The translations under genes and the position numbers were made by a program. Positions 7,833 through 17,068 of a DNA stretch of 32,000 nt are shown piece after piece. Location: contig NC_000962.3 in the NCBI RefSeq assembly GCF_000195955.2, positions 4,379,533-4,411,532 on the forward strand, written 5' to 3'. The stretch is from Mycobacterium tuberculosis H37Rv (GTDB lineage Bacteria; Actinomycetota; Actinomycetes; Mycobacteriales; Mycobacteriaceae). The notes beneath the pieces are model-generated. The model saw only the letters and a program-made list of their open reading frames with translations, had not been told where the DNA came from and did no database searches. Numbering within the stretch: position 1 is the first letter of the stretch; each line of letters opens with the position of its first letter.

Positions 7833-8363
7833 CTAACCCTTATAGTCCTTCCAAAGGGTGAATAAGGGCTTACCTTCGCTATCCAGGAAAGAATCCTTTA
7901 TCACGTTGACAGATACGTCTAGGTAATGTGACAATTCAACCAGTCGATCAGCCGCGGTAATTGCAACAACCGTTCCACTGGAATCGATAAGGGTATCCCG
8001 TTGCCGACCGGCAAACGTCATCGTCCCGATGCTATATTCCGGCATCAGCTCTTCGGGCTGAAAAGGTGCCCGGATCGCCGGCAGTTCACGCTCGCTTCGG
8101 ACGGAGCCTCCGAAATACCCGTAAAGATATTTTTCGATCACGGACATTGATGCAGCGGCGAATTCATAGCCTTCCCGGCTCATGCGATCGGATGACGTAA
8201 TAACATACCATCCGGCGAGCCGGTCGATAAAGTAGCGGACTTCACCGCCCTTGTTCCAAAGGATAGTCCGGCCGTCATTCGTTTCCGACCCTTGGATCAT
8301 GTTCATGCCAGATAAGCGGATCCAGTCCTGCAAATCCGTTGACAGGTCCACACCTATTGTCAC
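7833..8363 (-). CDS. Immunity factor for TNT (IFT), antitoxin to the CpnT NAD+ glycohydrolase (Rv3902c-like)
   Basis: Track ORF 7833..8462; 176 aa from an internal GTG (TIGVDLSTDLQDWIRLSGMNMIQGSETNDGRTILWNKGGEVRYFIDRLAGWYVITSSDR...). It is immediately downstream of cpnT with a 4-bp overlap. Confidence 0.88.
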   Translation of the reverse strand: MTIGVDLSTDLQDWIRLSGMNMIQGSETNDGRTILWNKGGEVRYFIDRLAGWYVITSSDRMSREGYEFAAASMSVIEKYLYGYFGGSVRSERELPAIRAPFQPEELMPEYSIGTMTFAGRQRDTLIDSSGTVVAITAADRLVELSHYLDVSVNVIKDSFLDSEGKPLFTLWKDYKG

Positions 8364-10900
8364 TGTCGCAACACCCCGCGCCTTATTAACTCTTCCACTT
8401 TGCGCATCTCGTTCTGATGATCGAATATCCGCACTTGGATGGATCCGCCCGGCTGGCCGCACCCCGGCGCGACCTCAGATACTTCGATGAACCATCCCTC
8501 AGGCAACCAATCAATGGTATACGCGTGGTAGGGGTCGCGTAACGACGTCACGTGCAGGGCACGTTGTTCCCATGATGCCGGGCGCCCATGTTCCATGATC
8601 GCCAGGTACTTGCCCTGATCGCCGCCTATACGATCTAGCTGGGGGCCGTAGTCACTAAGAAATTTTTCGAGATTAGTGTAGGCGATCCTTGTCCCTGGAA
8701 CCGCACCATTGTTAGGCGGAAAATTAGAGTACTGCTGGCCCCATGGGCCTACACTATTAAATCGCTCTTGATACCGTTCTTGGGTATAGGGCTGTCCCTG
8801 AGGATCGCGGCCGAATGGGGCGTTGGGGTCCTCCATGAGCTGGGCCACAACCGGGTTTATCCGACTGCGATCGGCCGGATTGTCTGTAAAGTCCCAGTGG
8901 CGCGATAATGGCTCGCCATACTGCGGGTCAACCGCTTCGTCGGATAACCGATGCCAACCCTCTCCAGCTGGTTCGTTCGAATGCATTGCAAGCTGCTGCT
9001 CGCGATGCGGCGCATGCAGCCCAGGTGGCTCGCTACCGCTACCGTGGCCTGACCCGTGAGACGCACCGTCGTGGGTCGGCTCGGATCCGTGTGCGCTCAG
9101 TGATCGGCCGTGAGGCCCCGATTCGGTTGAGTGAACGCCTCCGGGCGTGGAATGCGGCGCCGCCGCGGGTGCTGCTGGTGTGGTCGCCCACTGGGGTTGG
9201 TGCGCGGTAGCGGGCGCTGACTCGACAGGAGGTCCGCCAAGCAACGTCGTCGCCGGTGGTGCTTGCGCCGGGACATGTTCACCCGGTTGCGGCAGGCCAT
9301 GCGGCACATGTGTGCCGGGCGTGGTGGCTGCGGATACCCGGGGCTGGCCTGCCGACGCCGACGACGGCGCCACCGGTTCAGCCGGTCTGTCGACGGGCGG
9401 CGGTTTGGATTCGGTGGGGCTGTGCGGCAGTGGACCGTTGGCGGGCACGGGCGCCGGTTTCGCCGCGGGCGCGGGTGCCGGGTGGCCCGATTCTGGTGGT
9501 TCGATCCGTGGTGGTTGCGGTCCTGGCCGCGGCGGCGTTGCTGGGGGCTCAAGGTGCGGTGTCGTCGGCTCAAGCCGCTCCTTGAGGCCTCGCACGCCCG
9601 CGAGAATGTCGCGGCCCTTGCTGCCAAGTTTCGACAGCGGCCCGCCCGGCAAAGCTAGCGTCGCGGCGTCGAATACGGTCTTGCCTAGCGCCTCATTAGG
9701 GTTGGTCGTCCACTCATCCCAATGGATGAGGCTTTTGCCGAACTGCTTCCACGACTCCACAACGCCGGGAGCGTTCTCGCCGCCCAGGCCCGCCAGCGGC
9801 GCCATCCCAGTCAGCATCTCCTCCCAGGAGCGATACCACCCGAACGGGTCTATCGAGGCGCGCAGTGGCCCTAGGTCCCAGGAGTCCTTGGCCATCCCGA
9901 AGGCCTCCTCGCCGAAGCCTTTGAGCTGCTGCCCGGTGCCATCGATGACCACACCCACCGGGTTGCTGTGCAAGAACCGATCCCATTGTTTGCCTGCGTG
10001 GTCTGCCATCGCGGTGATCACCGCCTCGGCGTGCGACACCACCGCGGTGATCTCCGCAGCCAACGCGTCCACTTCCCCGCTGAACTGGTCGACCACCACC
10101 GCGATGTCATGGGCGATGCGCTGGATCTCGTCTTCGTCCTGGTCGGTCAGAAACTCCCACACCTCTTTGATCCCGGTCAGCGGATCGCAGATGCGGGCCA
10201 ACAAATCCAGGACCGCCGCATGCACCGCGTCGATGCGGGCGGCATAGGCGTCTAGCTGGGCCGCCAGCTGGTGGCATTGGCCCACGACAGCGGTGGTGCT
10301 GGCGTACGCGTCAGCAAACGCCGACTCGATCAGCCCCGCCTCCGGGAGCTGCTGGGCGCGAATAACGCCCATCGGCCCCGCCGTCGACTGAATCTCAGTC
10401 AGCGCGAACTGCGTGCCCGCGCTGCGCCACGCCACAGCCGCCGCACGTAGCTTTGTCGAATCCCCGTTCGGCCAGATCATCCCGATATACGGGGCCACCC
10501 ACCCCCAGCCCTTCGGGGCGCCACCGCCGCCACCGACCGCCGACGGCGGCGCACCCACGCCGACACAGCCGCTCGGCGGCGGCGCCGGCAACGGCGCCGC
10601 CCGCCCAGCGACATCCGACATCGCCTCGGCCAACGAGTAGTTGTGCGCGCTCATGCGCACCCCATCGCCGAGGTTGCACAATCCGTTGCGCGCCACCGAC
10701 ATCGCCTGCACCAGCGCGGCCGCCGAACCGTCATAGGAGCGCCCGAACACCGCCCCAGCCGGATCATCACCGGCCATCCCCGCACACCCGGCCAGCGCCG
10801 CGGTCAGCGACGAGATCACCGCACCCAAACCCGCACCCGCAGCCACCACCGCGCCGCCCGCGCTATCAAGGGCCGCGGGATCGACCGCCAACGGCGCCAT
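8360..10900 (-). CDS. cpnT: CpnT: N-terminal channel/WXG-like domain, Pro-rich linker and C-terminal tuberculosis necrotizing toxin (TNT) NAD+ glycohydrolase domain
   Basis: 846-aa ORF. N-terminus MAPLAVDPAALDSAGGAVVAAGAGLGAVISSLTAAL; Pro-rich linker; C-terminus NNGAVPGTRIAYTNLEKFLSDYGPQLDRIGGDQGKYLAIMEHGRPASWEQRALHVTSLRDPYHAYTIDWLPEGWFIEVSEVAPGCGQPGGSIQVRIFD corresponds to the TNT fold. Confidence 0.95.
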   Translation of the reverse strand: MAPLAVDPAALDSAGGAVVAAGAGLGAVISSLTAALAGCAGMAGDDPAGAVFGRSYDGSAAALVQAMSVARNGLCNLGDGVRMSAHNYSLAEAMSDVAGRAAPLPAPPPSGCVGVGAPPSAVGGGGGAPKGWGWVAPYIGMIWPNGDSTKLRAAAVAWRSAGTQFALTEIQSTAGPMGVIRAQQLPEAGLIESAFADAYASTTAVVGQCHQLAAQLDAYAARIDAVHAAVLDLLARICDPLTGIKEVWEFLTDQDEDEIQRIAHDIAVVVDQFSGEVDALAAEITAVVSHAEAVITAMADHAGKQWDRFLHSNPVGVVIDGTGQQLKGFGEEAFGMAKDSWDLGPLRASIDPFGWYRSWEEMLTGMAPLAGLGGENAPGVVESWKQFGKSLIHWDEWTTNPNEALGKTVFDAATLALPGGPLSKLGSKGRDILAGVRGLKERLEPTTPHLEPPATPPRPGPQPPRIEPPESGHPAPAPAAKPAPVPANGPLPHSPTESKPPPVDRPAEPVAPSSASAGQPRVSAATTPGTHVPHGLPQPGEHVPAQAPPATTLLGGPPVESAPATAHQPQWATTPAAPAAAPHSTPGGVHSTESGPHGRSLSAHGSEPTHDGASHGSGHGSGSEPPGLHAPHREQQLAMHSNEPAGEGWHRLSDEAVDPQYGEPLSRHWDFTDNPADRSRINPVVAQLMEDPNAPFGRDPQGQPYTQERYQERFNSVGPWGQQYSNFPPNNGAVPGTRIAYTNLEKFLSDYGPQLDRIGGDQGKYLAIMEHGRPASWEQRALHVTSLRDPYHAYTIDWLPEGWFIEVSEVAPGCGQPGGSIQVRIFDHQNEMRKVEELIRRGVLRQ

Positions 10901-10904
10901 CAGC

Positions 10905-11177
10905 TCACGACCACATACCCAAATTCGTGGCCATCGCGCCGGTGTAGTTGGCGTGCGCGCTCTGCCCCGCGGCCGTGAGCTGGGCCAACGCCTGGCGCAT
11001 CATCGCCTCACCGGCAGCCCAATGTCGTTGCGCCTCAGCATGAGCCGCCGCGCCCTCCCCCGTCCACGTCACATGCAGCCGGGTAACCAAGGACTCAATC
11101 TCGGCGACCAGCTCCTCGACGTGGCGACCGAATTCGGCCATCCGCGCCACCGCATCAGCCAACACGGTCGGATCCAC
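10905..11177 (-). CDS. esxE: WXG100 protein EsxE
   Basis: Track ORF 10905..11252 trimmed to an internal GTG (V-DPTVLADAVARMAEFGRHVEELVAEIESLVTRLHVTWTGEGAAAHAEAQRHW), 90 aa, with a WTG turn. It lies directly upstream of cpnT. Confidence 0.9.
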   Translation of the reverse strand: MDPTVLADAVARMAEFGRHVEELVAEIESLVTRLHVTWTGEGAAAHAEAQRHWAAGEAMMRQALAQLTAAGQSAHANYTGAMATNLGMWS

Positions 11178-11187
11178 CCGAAACGGC

Positions 11188-11499
11188 TCAGCCACCGCCC
11201 ACCTCACGAAGCACCTGCGCCGACGCGGTCTCGTTGTGTTGATAACCCGCACCGGCGTGAGCTATCGCCGCCGCCAGCATCGACAATCCCAGCTGCACCT
11301 CACCGGCCCCGCGATGCCATAGCTCCCACGCCGAGCCATACGCACTGCCCGACGCCCCGCGCCACCCGCCCAACATCTGCCCGACCTGAGCGTCCAGCTC
11401 GGCCAGTTGAACCGCGAGATGCTCGGCCGCTCCATCCAACGACGCGGCGAAACCCTGCATCACCGCAGGCTCTACGCGCAGCGTGTCGTCGGCACCCAT
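11188..11499 (-). CDS. esxF: WXG100 protein EsxF
   Basis: 103-aa ORF: MGADDTLRVEPAVMQGFAASLDGAAEHLAVQLAELDAQVGQMLGGWRGASGSAYGSAWELW; WRG turn; paired with esxE. Confidence 0.92.
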   Translation of the reverse strand: MGADDTLRVEPAVMQGFAASLDGAAEHLAVQLAELDAQVGQMLGGWRGASGSAYGSAWELWHRGAGEVQLGLSMLAAAIAHAGAGYQHNETASAQVLREVGGG

Positions 11500-11564
11500 G
11501 GCCGCAACCTAACAATGCCCAGGCACCGCCACAATTCAGCCGCCCGGGCGCACCCGCCGCAGCC

Positions 11565-12074
11565 CTAAAGGCTGCTGGCGCCGTCGGCGGTGCCGTCGCC
11601 GTCGGTGTCGGTCAGCCGTACGTCCCAGCGGCCGTCGCCATCGGTGTCGACGTATCCGGTCACACGCTGCTCACCAGCACACAGCACCCGATCGGCCAGC
11701 CCGTCACCGTCGGTATCGAGTAGCCGGTCGTCTAAACCACCGAACCCGTCGAAGTCAACCAGTGGACCACCGGTGTGCTCGACGCCGTCGAGCCCATACC
11801 AGCGCAGTTGTCCGCCGCGGTCGACGGCGACCGCCCAGGTCCCCGATCCGTCGTCGATGAAGTAGCTTTCCGGGGTGCCGTCGTTGTCGACGTCGAATAC
11901 GGCGTGGTCGGCAACGTCGTCGCCGTCGAAGTCGGCCAGCGCGTCATCGCGCAGACCGTCGCCGTCGAGATCCAGGCCAATCGCGTCCAGCCGGCCGTCA
12001 CCGTCGAGGTCGACGTCGAACGGGCGGTTCCAGATCCCGGCGCTGCCGTCGTCGCCGGCTATGCAGTACTCCAC
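11565..12074 (-). CDS. Conserved hypothetical protein with repeated DxDxDG calcium-binding-like motifs (Rv3906c-like)
   Basis: 169-aa ORF: DVDLDGDGRLDAIGLDLDGDGLRDDALADFDGDDVADHAVFDVDNDGTPE... YVDTDGDGRWDVRLTDTDGDGTADG. Confidence 0.88.
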   Translation of the reverse strand: MEYCIAGDDGSAGIWNRPFDVDLDGDGRLDAIGLDLDGDGLRDDALADFDGDDVADHAVFDVDNDGTPESYFIDDGSGTWAVAVDRGGQLRWYGLDGVEHTGGPLVDFDGFGGLDDRLLDTDGDGLADRVLCAGEQRVTGYVDTDGDGRWDVRLTDTDGDGTADGASSL

Positions 12075-12098
12075 AACCGTTCTGACGCGACTCCCAAG

Positions 12099-13541
12099 CT
12101 AGCGGTTCCCCCGTGATTTCCACCAGGACAGCAGCTCGGTTGTCGCCTCCTCGGTGGACAACGGGCCGCGCTCTAGCCGCAGCTCCTTCAAGTAGCGCCA
12201 CGCCTCGCCGACTTGCGGGCCCGCCGGAATGTCGAGCACCGCCATGATCTGGTTGCCGTCCAGGTCGGGGCGCACCCGATCCAGATCCTCCTGGGCGGCC
12301 AGCTCCGCGATCCGCTCTTCCAGCCGGTCGTAACTGGCCTGCAACCGCGCGGCCCGGCGCTTGTTGCGGGTCGTGCAGTCGGCGCGCACCAGCTTGTGCA
12401 GCCGTGGCAGTAGGGCCCCGGCGTCGGTGACATAGCGGCGCACCGCAGAGTCGGTCCATTTCCCATCGCCGTAGCCGTGAAACCGCAGATGCAGGTAGAC
12501 CAGCTGCGAGATGTCGTCGATCATCTGCTTGGAATACTTCAGCGCCCGCATCCGCTTGCGCACCATCTTGGCGCCGACCACTTCGTGGTGATGGAAGCTC
12601 ACCCCACCGTCGGGTTCGTGACGGCGGGTGGCGGGCTTGCCGATGTCGTGCAGCAGCGCCGCCCAGCGCAACACCAGATCCGGGCCGTCGTCCTCCAGCG
12701 CGATCGCCTGCCGCAGCACGGTCAAGGAATGCTGATAGACGTCCTTGTGCTGGTGATGTTCGTCGATCGCCATCCGCATCCCACCGATTTCAGGCAAGAC
12801 CACAGCACCCATACCGCTCTGCACCATCAGGTCGATACCCGCGGCCGGATCCTCACCGACCAGCAGCTTGTCCAGCTCGGCGGCCACCCGTTCGGCGCTG
12901 ATTCGGGCCAACTGCGGCGCCATCTCTTCGATCGCCGCGCGCACCCGCGGCGCCACCGCGAATCCAAGTTGCGAGACGAACCGCGCGGCGCGCAGCATCC
13001 GCAACGGATCGTCGCCAAAGGACCCCGACGGCGCCGCCGGGGTGTCTAACACCTTGGCCCGCAGCGCCGCCAAGCCACCAAGCGGATCCAGGAATTCGCC
13101 CGGCCCAGTGGCGGTGACGCGCACAGCCATTGCGTTCGTGGTGAAGTCGCGGCGGACCAGATCGCCCTCGAGGCAATCGCCGAAACGTACCTCTGGATGA
13201 CGCGAAACCCGGTCGTAGCTGTCGGCACGGAATGTGGTGATCTCCATGCGGTGGTCGCTCTTACCCACGCCGACGGTGCCGAATTCGATTCCGGTATCCC
13301 ACACCGCATCGGCCCACGGCCGCACGATCTCCTGCACCCGCTCGGGACGGGCGTCGGTGGTGAAGTCCAGGTCGGGGCTCAACCGGCCCAACAGTGCATC
13401 TCGCACCGAACCGCCGACCAGATACAACTCGTGTCCCGCGGCGGCGAACACCGACCCGAGTTCCCGCAATAAGGCAGCATGCCTGTTCAAGGCAACCGCA
13501 GCGGCGGTTAGCAGATCGGCTTCCTGGACGGCTTCCGGCAC
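12099..13541 (-). CDS. pcnA: CCA-adding enzyme / poly(A) polymerase family nucleotidyltransferase with HD domain
   Basis: 480-aa ORF: LVGGSVRDALLGRLSPDLDFTTDARPE (nucleotidyltransferase GG...DxD) and LHDIGKPATRR (HD domain). Confidence 0.95.
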   Translation of the reverse strand: MPEAVQEADLLTAAAVALNRHAALLRELGSVFAAAGHELYLVGGSVRDALLGRLSPDLDFTTDARPERVQEIVRPWADAVWDTGIEFGTVGVGKSDHRMEITTFRADSYDRVSRHPEVRFGDCLEGDLVRRDFTTNAMAVRVTATGPGEFLDPLGGLAALRAKVLDTPAAPSGSFGDDPLRMLRAARFVSQLGFAVAPRVRAAIEEMAPQLARISAERVAAELDKLLVGEDPAAGIDLMVQSGMGAVVLPEIGGMRMAIDEHHQHKDVYQHSLTVLRQAIALEDDGPDLVLRWAALLHDIGKPATRRHEPDGGVSFHHHEVVGAKMVRKRMRALKYSKQMIDDISQLVYLHLRFHGYGDGKWTDSAVRRYVTDAGALLPRLHKLVRADCTTRNKRRAARLQASYDRLEERIAELAAQEDLDRVRPDLDGNQIMAVLDIPAGPQVGEAWRYLKELRLERGPLSTEEATTELLSWWKSRGNR

Positions 13542-13916
13542 GTTCGATCAGCCTAATGGCAGTCGAAGTGGGCCGGGACGGTCGGTGGAGGAACCGGCAA
13601 CCCTCGTTGCCGCACCCGTCGCATTGGCCGGTGTCGGGACGAGGTATCGTCGTGCCCATCTCCGCGCGACAAACAGCCGGCGACAATATTAAGAATCCTT
13701 GGGTGCGGTCGCGTCTTGTCGCTCGAAGGTGGGCAAATCGTGCGCCCCCGACACAGCGACTTCTGTGATAGATGTGACTGGCGCGACTCAATTGGTCAGC
13801 GCGGGTCGCCTGCACCGCCCCGCTCCCTCGCCCAACGAATAAGTCCTGGCCGACGATGGGCGCTCAGACGGCGAGTACATCGGGAACACCCGCCCGTACC
13901 AGCTACTATCGCTGGG

Positions 13917-14663
13917 GTGTCCGACGGCGAACAAGCCAAATCACGTCGACGCCGGGGGCGGCGCCGCGGGCGGCGCGCTGCGGCTACAGCCGAGAATCAC
14001 ATGGACGCCCAACCGGCCGGCGACGCCACCCCGACCCCGGCAACGGCGAAGCGGTCCCGGTCCCGCTCACCTCGTCGCGGGTCGACTCGGATGCGCACCG
14101 TGCACGAAACATCGGCTGGAGGGTTGGTCATTGACGGTATCGACGGTCCACGAGACGCGCAGGTCGCGGCTCTGATCGGCCGCGTCGACCGGCGCGGCCG
14201 GCTGCTGTGGTCGCTACCCAAGGGGCACATCGAGTTGGGCGAGACCGCCGAGCAGACCGCCATCCGCGAGGTCGCCGAGGAGACCGGCATCCGCGGCAGT
14301 GTGCTCGCCGCGCTGGGGCGCATCGACTACTGGTTCGTCACCGACGGCCGGCGGGTGCACAAGACCGTCCACCATTATTTGATGCGGTTTTTAGGCGGAG
14401 AGCTGTCCGACGAAGACCTCGAGGTAGCCGAGGTAGCCTGGGTGCCGATCCGGGAACTGCCGTCTCGACTGGCCTACGCCGACGAACGTCGACTAGCCGA
14501 GGTGGCCGACGAACTGATCGACAAGCTGCAGAGCGACGGCCCCGCCGCGCTTCCGCCGCTACCACCCAGCTCGCCTCGTCGACGGCCGCAAACGCATTCA
14601 CGCGCTCGTCATGCCGATGACTCAGCACCGGGTCAGCACAACGGTCCCGGGCCGGGGCCGTGA
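13917..14663 (+). CDS. mutT4: Nudix hydrolase MutT4
   Basis: Track ORF 13716..14663; GTG at 13917 gives 248 aa ([23 protein letters not shown]...). Nudix box [23 protein letters not shown]. Confidence 0.93.
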
Positions 14664-17068
14664 CCGCACTGCAACTCGGCTGGGCCGCTTTGGCGCGCGT
14701 CACCTCAGCGATCGGCGTCGTGGCCGGCCTCGGGATGGCGCTCACGGTACCGTCGGCGGCACCGCACGCGCTCGCAGGCGAGCCCAGCCCGACGCCTTTT
14801 GTCCAGGTCCGCATCGATCAGGTGACCCCGGACGTGGTGACCACTTCCAGCGAACCCCATGTCACCGTCAGCGGAACGGTGACCAATACCGGTGACCGCC
14901 CAGTCCGCGATGTGATGGTCCGGCTTGAGCACGCCGCCGCGGTCACGTCGTCAACGGCGTTACGCACCTCGCTCGACGGCGGCACCGACCAGTACCAGCC
15001 GGCCGCGGACTTCCTCACGGTCGCCCCCGAACTAGACCGCGGGCAAGAGGCCGGCTTTACCCTCTCGGCCCCGCTGCGCTCGCTGACCAGGCCGTCGTTG
15101 GCCGTCAACCAGCCCGGGATCTACCCGGTCCTGGTCAACGTCAATGGGACACCCGACTACGGTGCGCCTGCGCGGCTCGACAATGCGCGGTTCCTGTTGC
15201 CCGTGGTCGGAGTGCCACCCGACCAGGCCACCGACTTCGGCTCCGCTGTTGCACCAGAAACGACGGCGCCGGTCTGGATCACCATGCTGTGGCCGCTGGC
15301 CGACCGGCCCCGGTTGGCCCCCGGGGCACCCGGTGGCACCGTTCCCGTCCGGCTGGTCGACGACGACCTGGCAAACTCGCTGGCCAACGGCGGCCGGCTG
15401 GACATCCTCCTGTCGGCGGCCGAGTTCGCCACCAACCGGGAAGTCGACCCCGACGGCGCCGTCGGCCGAGCGCTGTGCCTGGCCATCGACCCAGATCTAC
15501 TCATCACCGTCAATGCGATGACCGGCGGCTACGTCGTGTCCGACTCGCCCGACGGGGCCGCTCAACTACCGGGCACCCCGACCCACCCGGGCACCGGCCA
15601 GGCCGCCGCATCCAGCTGGCTGGATCGATTGCGGACGCTAGTCCACCGGACATGCGTGACGCCGCTGCCTTTTGCCCAAGCCGACCTGGATGCTTTGCAG
15701 CGGGTTAATGATCCGAGGCTGAGCGCGATCGCAACCATCAGCCCCGCCGACATCGTCGACCGCATCCTGGATGTCAGCTCCACCCGCGGCGCAACCGTGC
15801 TGCCCGACGGCCCGTTGACCGGCCGGGCGATCAACTTGCTCAGCACCCACGGCAACACGGTTGCCGTCGCGGCCGCCGATTTTAGCCCCGAGGAACAGCA
15901 GGGTTCGTCCCAGATCGGCTCCGCGCTCTTACCCGCTACCGCGCCCCGGCGGTTGTCCCCGCGGGTGGTAGCGGCGCCGTTTGATCCCGCGGTCGGGGCC
16001 GCGCTGGCCGCCGCGGGAACAAACCCGACCGTTCCTACCTATCTAGATCCCTCGTTGTTCGTTCGGATCGCGCATGAATCGATCACCGCGCGCCGCCAGG
16101 ACGCCTTGGGCGCAATGCTGTGGCGCAGCTTGGAGCCGAATGCCGCGCCCCGTACCCAAATCCTGGTGCCGCCGGCGTCGTGGAGCCTGGCCAGCGACGA
16201 CGCGCAGGTCATCCTGACCGCGCTGGCCACCGCCATCCGGTCTGGCCTGGCCGTGCCGCGACCACTACCGGCGGTGATCGCTGACGCCGCGGCCCGCACC
16301 GAGCCACCGGAACCCCCGGGCGCTTACAGCGCCGCTCGCGGCCGGTTCAATGACGACATCACCACGCAGATCGGCGGGCAGGTTGCCCGGCTATGGAAGC
16401 TGACCTCGGCGTTGACCATCGATGACCGCACCGGGCTGACCGGCGTGCAGTACACCGCACCACTACGCGAGGACATGTTGCGCGCGCTGAGCCAATCGCT
16501 ACCACCCGATACCCGCAACGGGCTGGCCCAGCAGCGGCTGGCCGTCGTTGGAAAGACGATCGACGATCTTTTCGGCGCGGTGACCATCGTCAACCCGGGC
16601 GGCTCCTACACTCTGGCCACCGAGCACAGTCCGCTGCCGTTGGCGCTGCATAATGGCCTCGCCGTGCCAATCCGGGTCCGGCTACAGGTCGATGCTCCGC
16701 CCGGGATGACGGTGGCCGATGTCGGTCAGATCGAGCTACCGCCCGGGTACCTGCCGCTACGAGTACCAATCGAGGTGAACTTCACACAGCGGGTTGCCGT
16801 CGACGTGTCGCTGCGGACCCCCGACGGCGTCGCGCTGGGTGAACCGGTGCGGTTGTCGGTGCACTCCAACGCCTACGGCAAGGTGTTGTTCGCGATCACG
16901 CTATCCGCTGCGGCCGTGCTGGTAACGCTGGCGGGCCGGCGCCTTTGGCACCGGTTCCGTGGCCAGCCTGATCGCGCCGACCTGGATCGCCCCGACCTGC
17001 CTACCGGCAAACACGCCCCGCAGCGCCGTGCCGTAGCCAGTCGGGATGACGAAAAGCACCGGGTATGA
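14660..17068 (+). CDS. Large exported/membrane-anchored protein with Ig-like segment and C-terminal TM (Rv3909-like, DUF6049 type)
   Basis: 802-aa ORF with N-terminal signal/anchor ([21 protein letters not shown]), conserved-looking extracellular region, and C-terminal TM ([25 protein letters not shown]). It overlaps mutT4 and murJ by 4 bp. Confidence 0.88.

Noticed and set aside
9060-9570. Short recurrent GGTGGCGG/CCGGT-type motifs considered as a tandem repeat or CRISPR-like array
   Set aside because: Spacing is irregular with no conserved direct repeat or unique spacers; explained by the Pro/Ala-rich coding linker of CpnT. No CRISPR array was seen in the window.
8857-9627. Minus-strand ORFs 8857..9066 and 9097..9627 overlapping cpnT in another frame
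   Set aside because: Extremely R/H/P/N-rich translations opposite or offset from the Pro-rich linker of cpnT; out-of-frame artefacts.
9147-10247. Long + strand ORF (366 aa) antisense to cpnT
   Set aside because: Low-complexity G/A/S/C content mirroring the CpnT frame; no domain, and it conflicts with a well-supported gene.
11590-11865. SPSPSVSTS-repeat ORFs antisense to the DxDxDG-repeat gene
   Set aside because: The repeats are simply the reverse-frame image of the GAC/GGC-rich calcium-loop codons.
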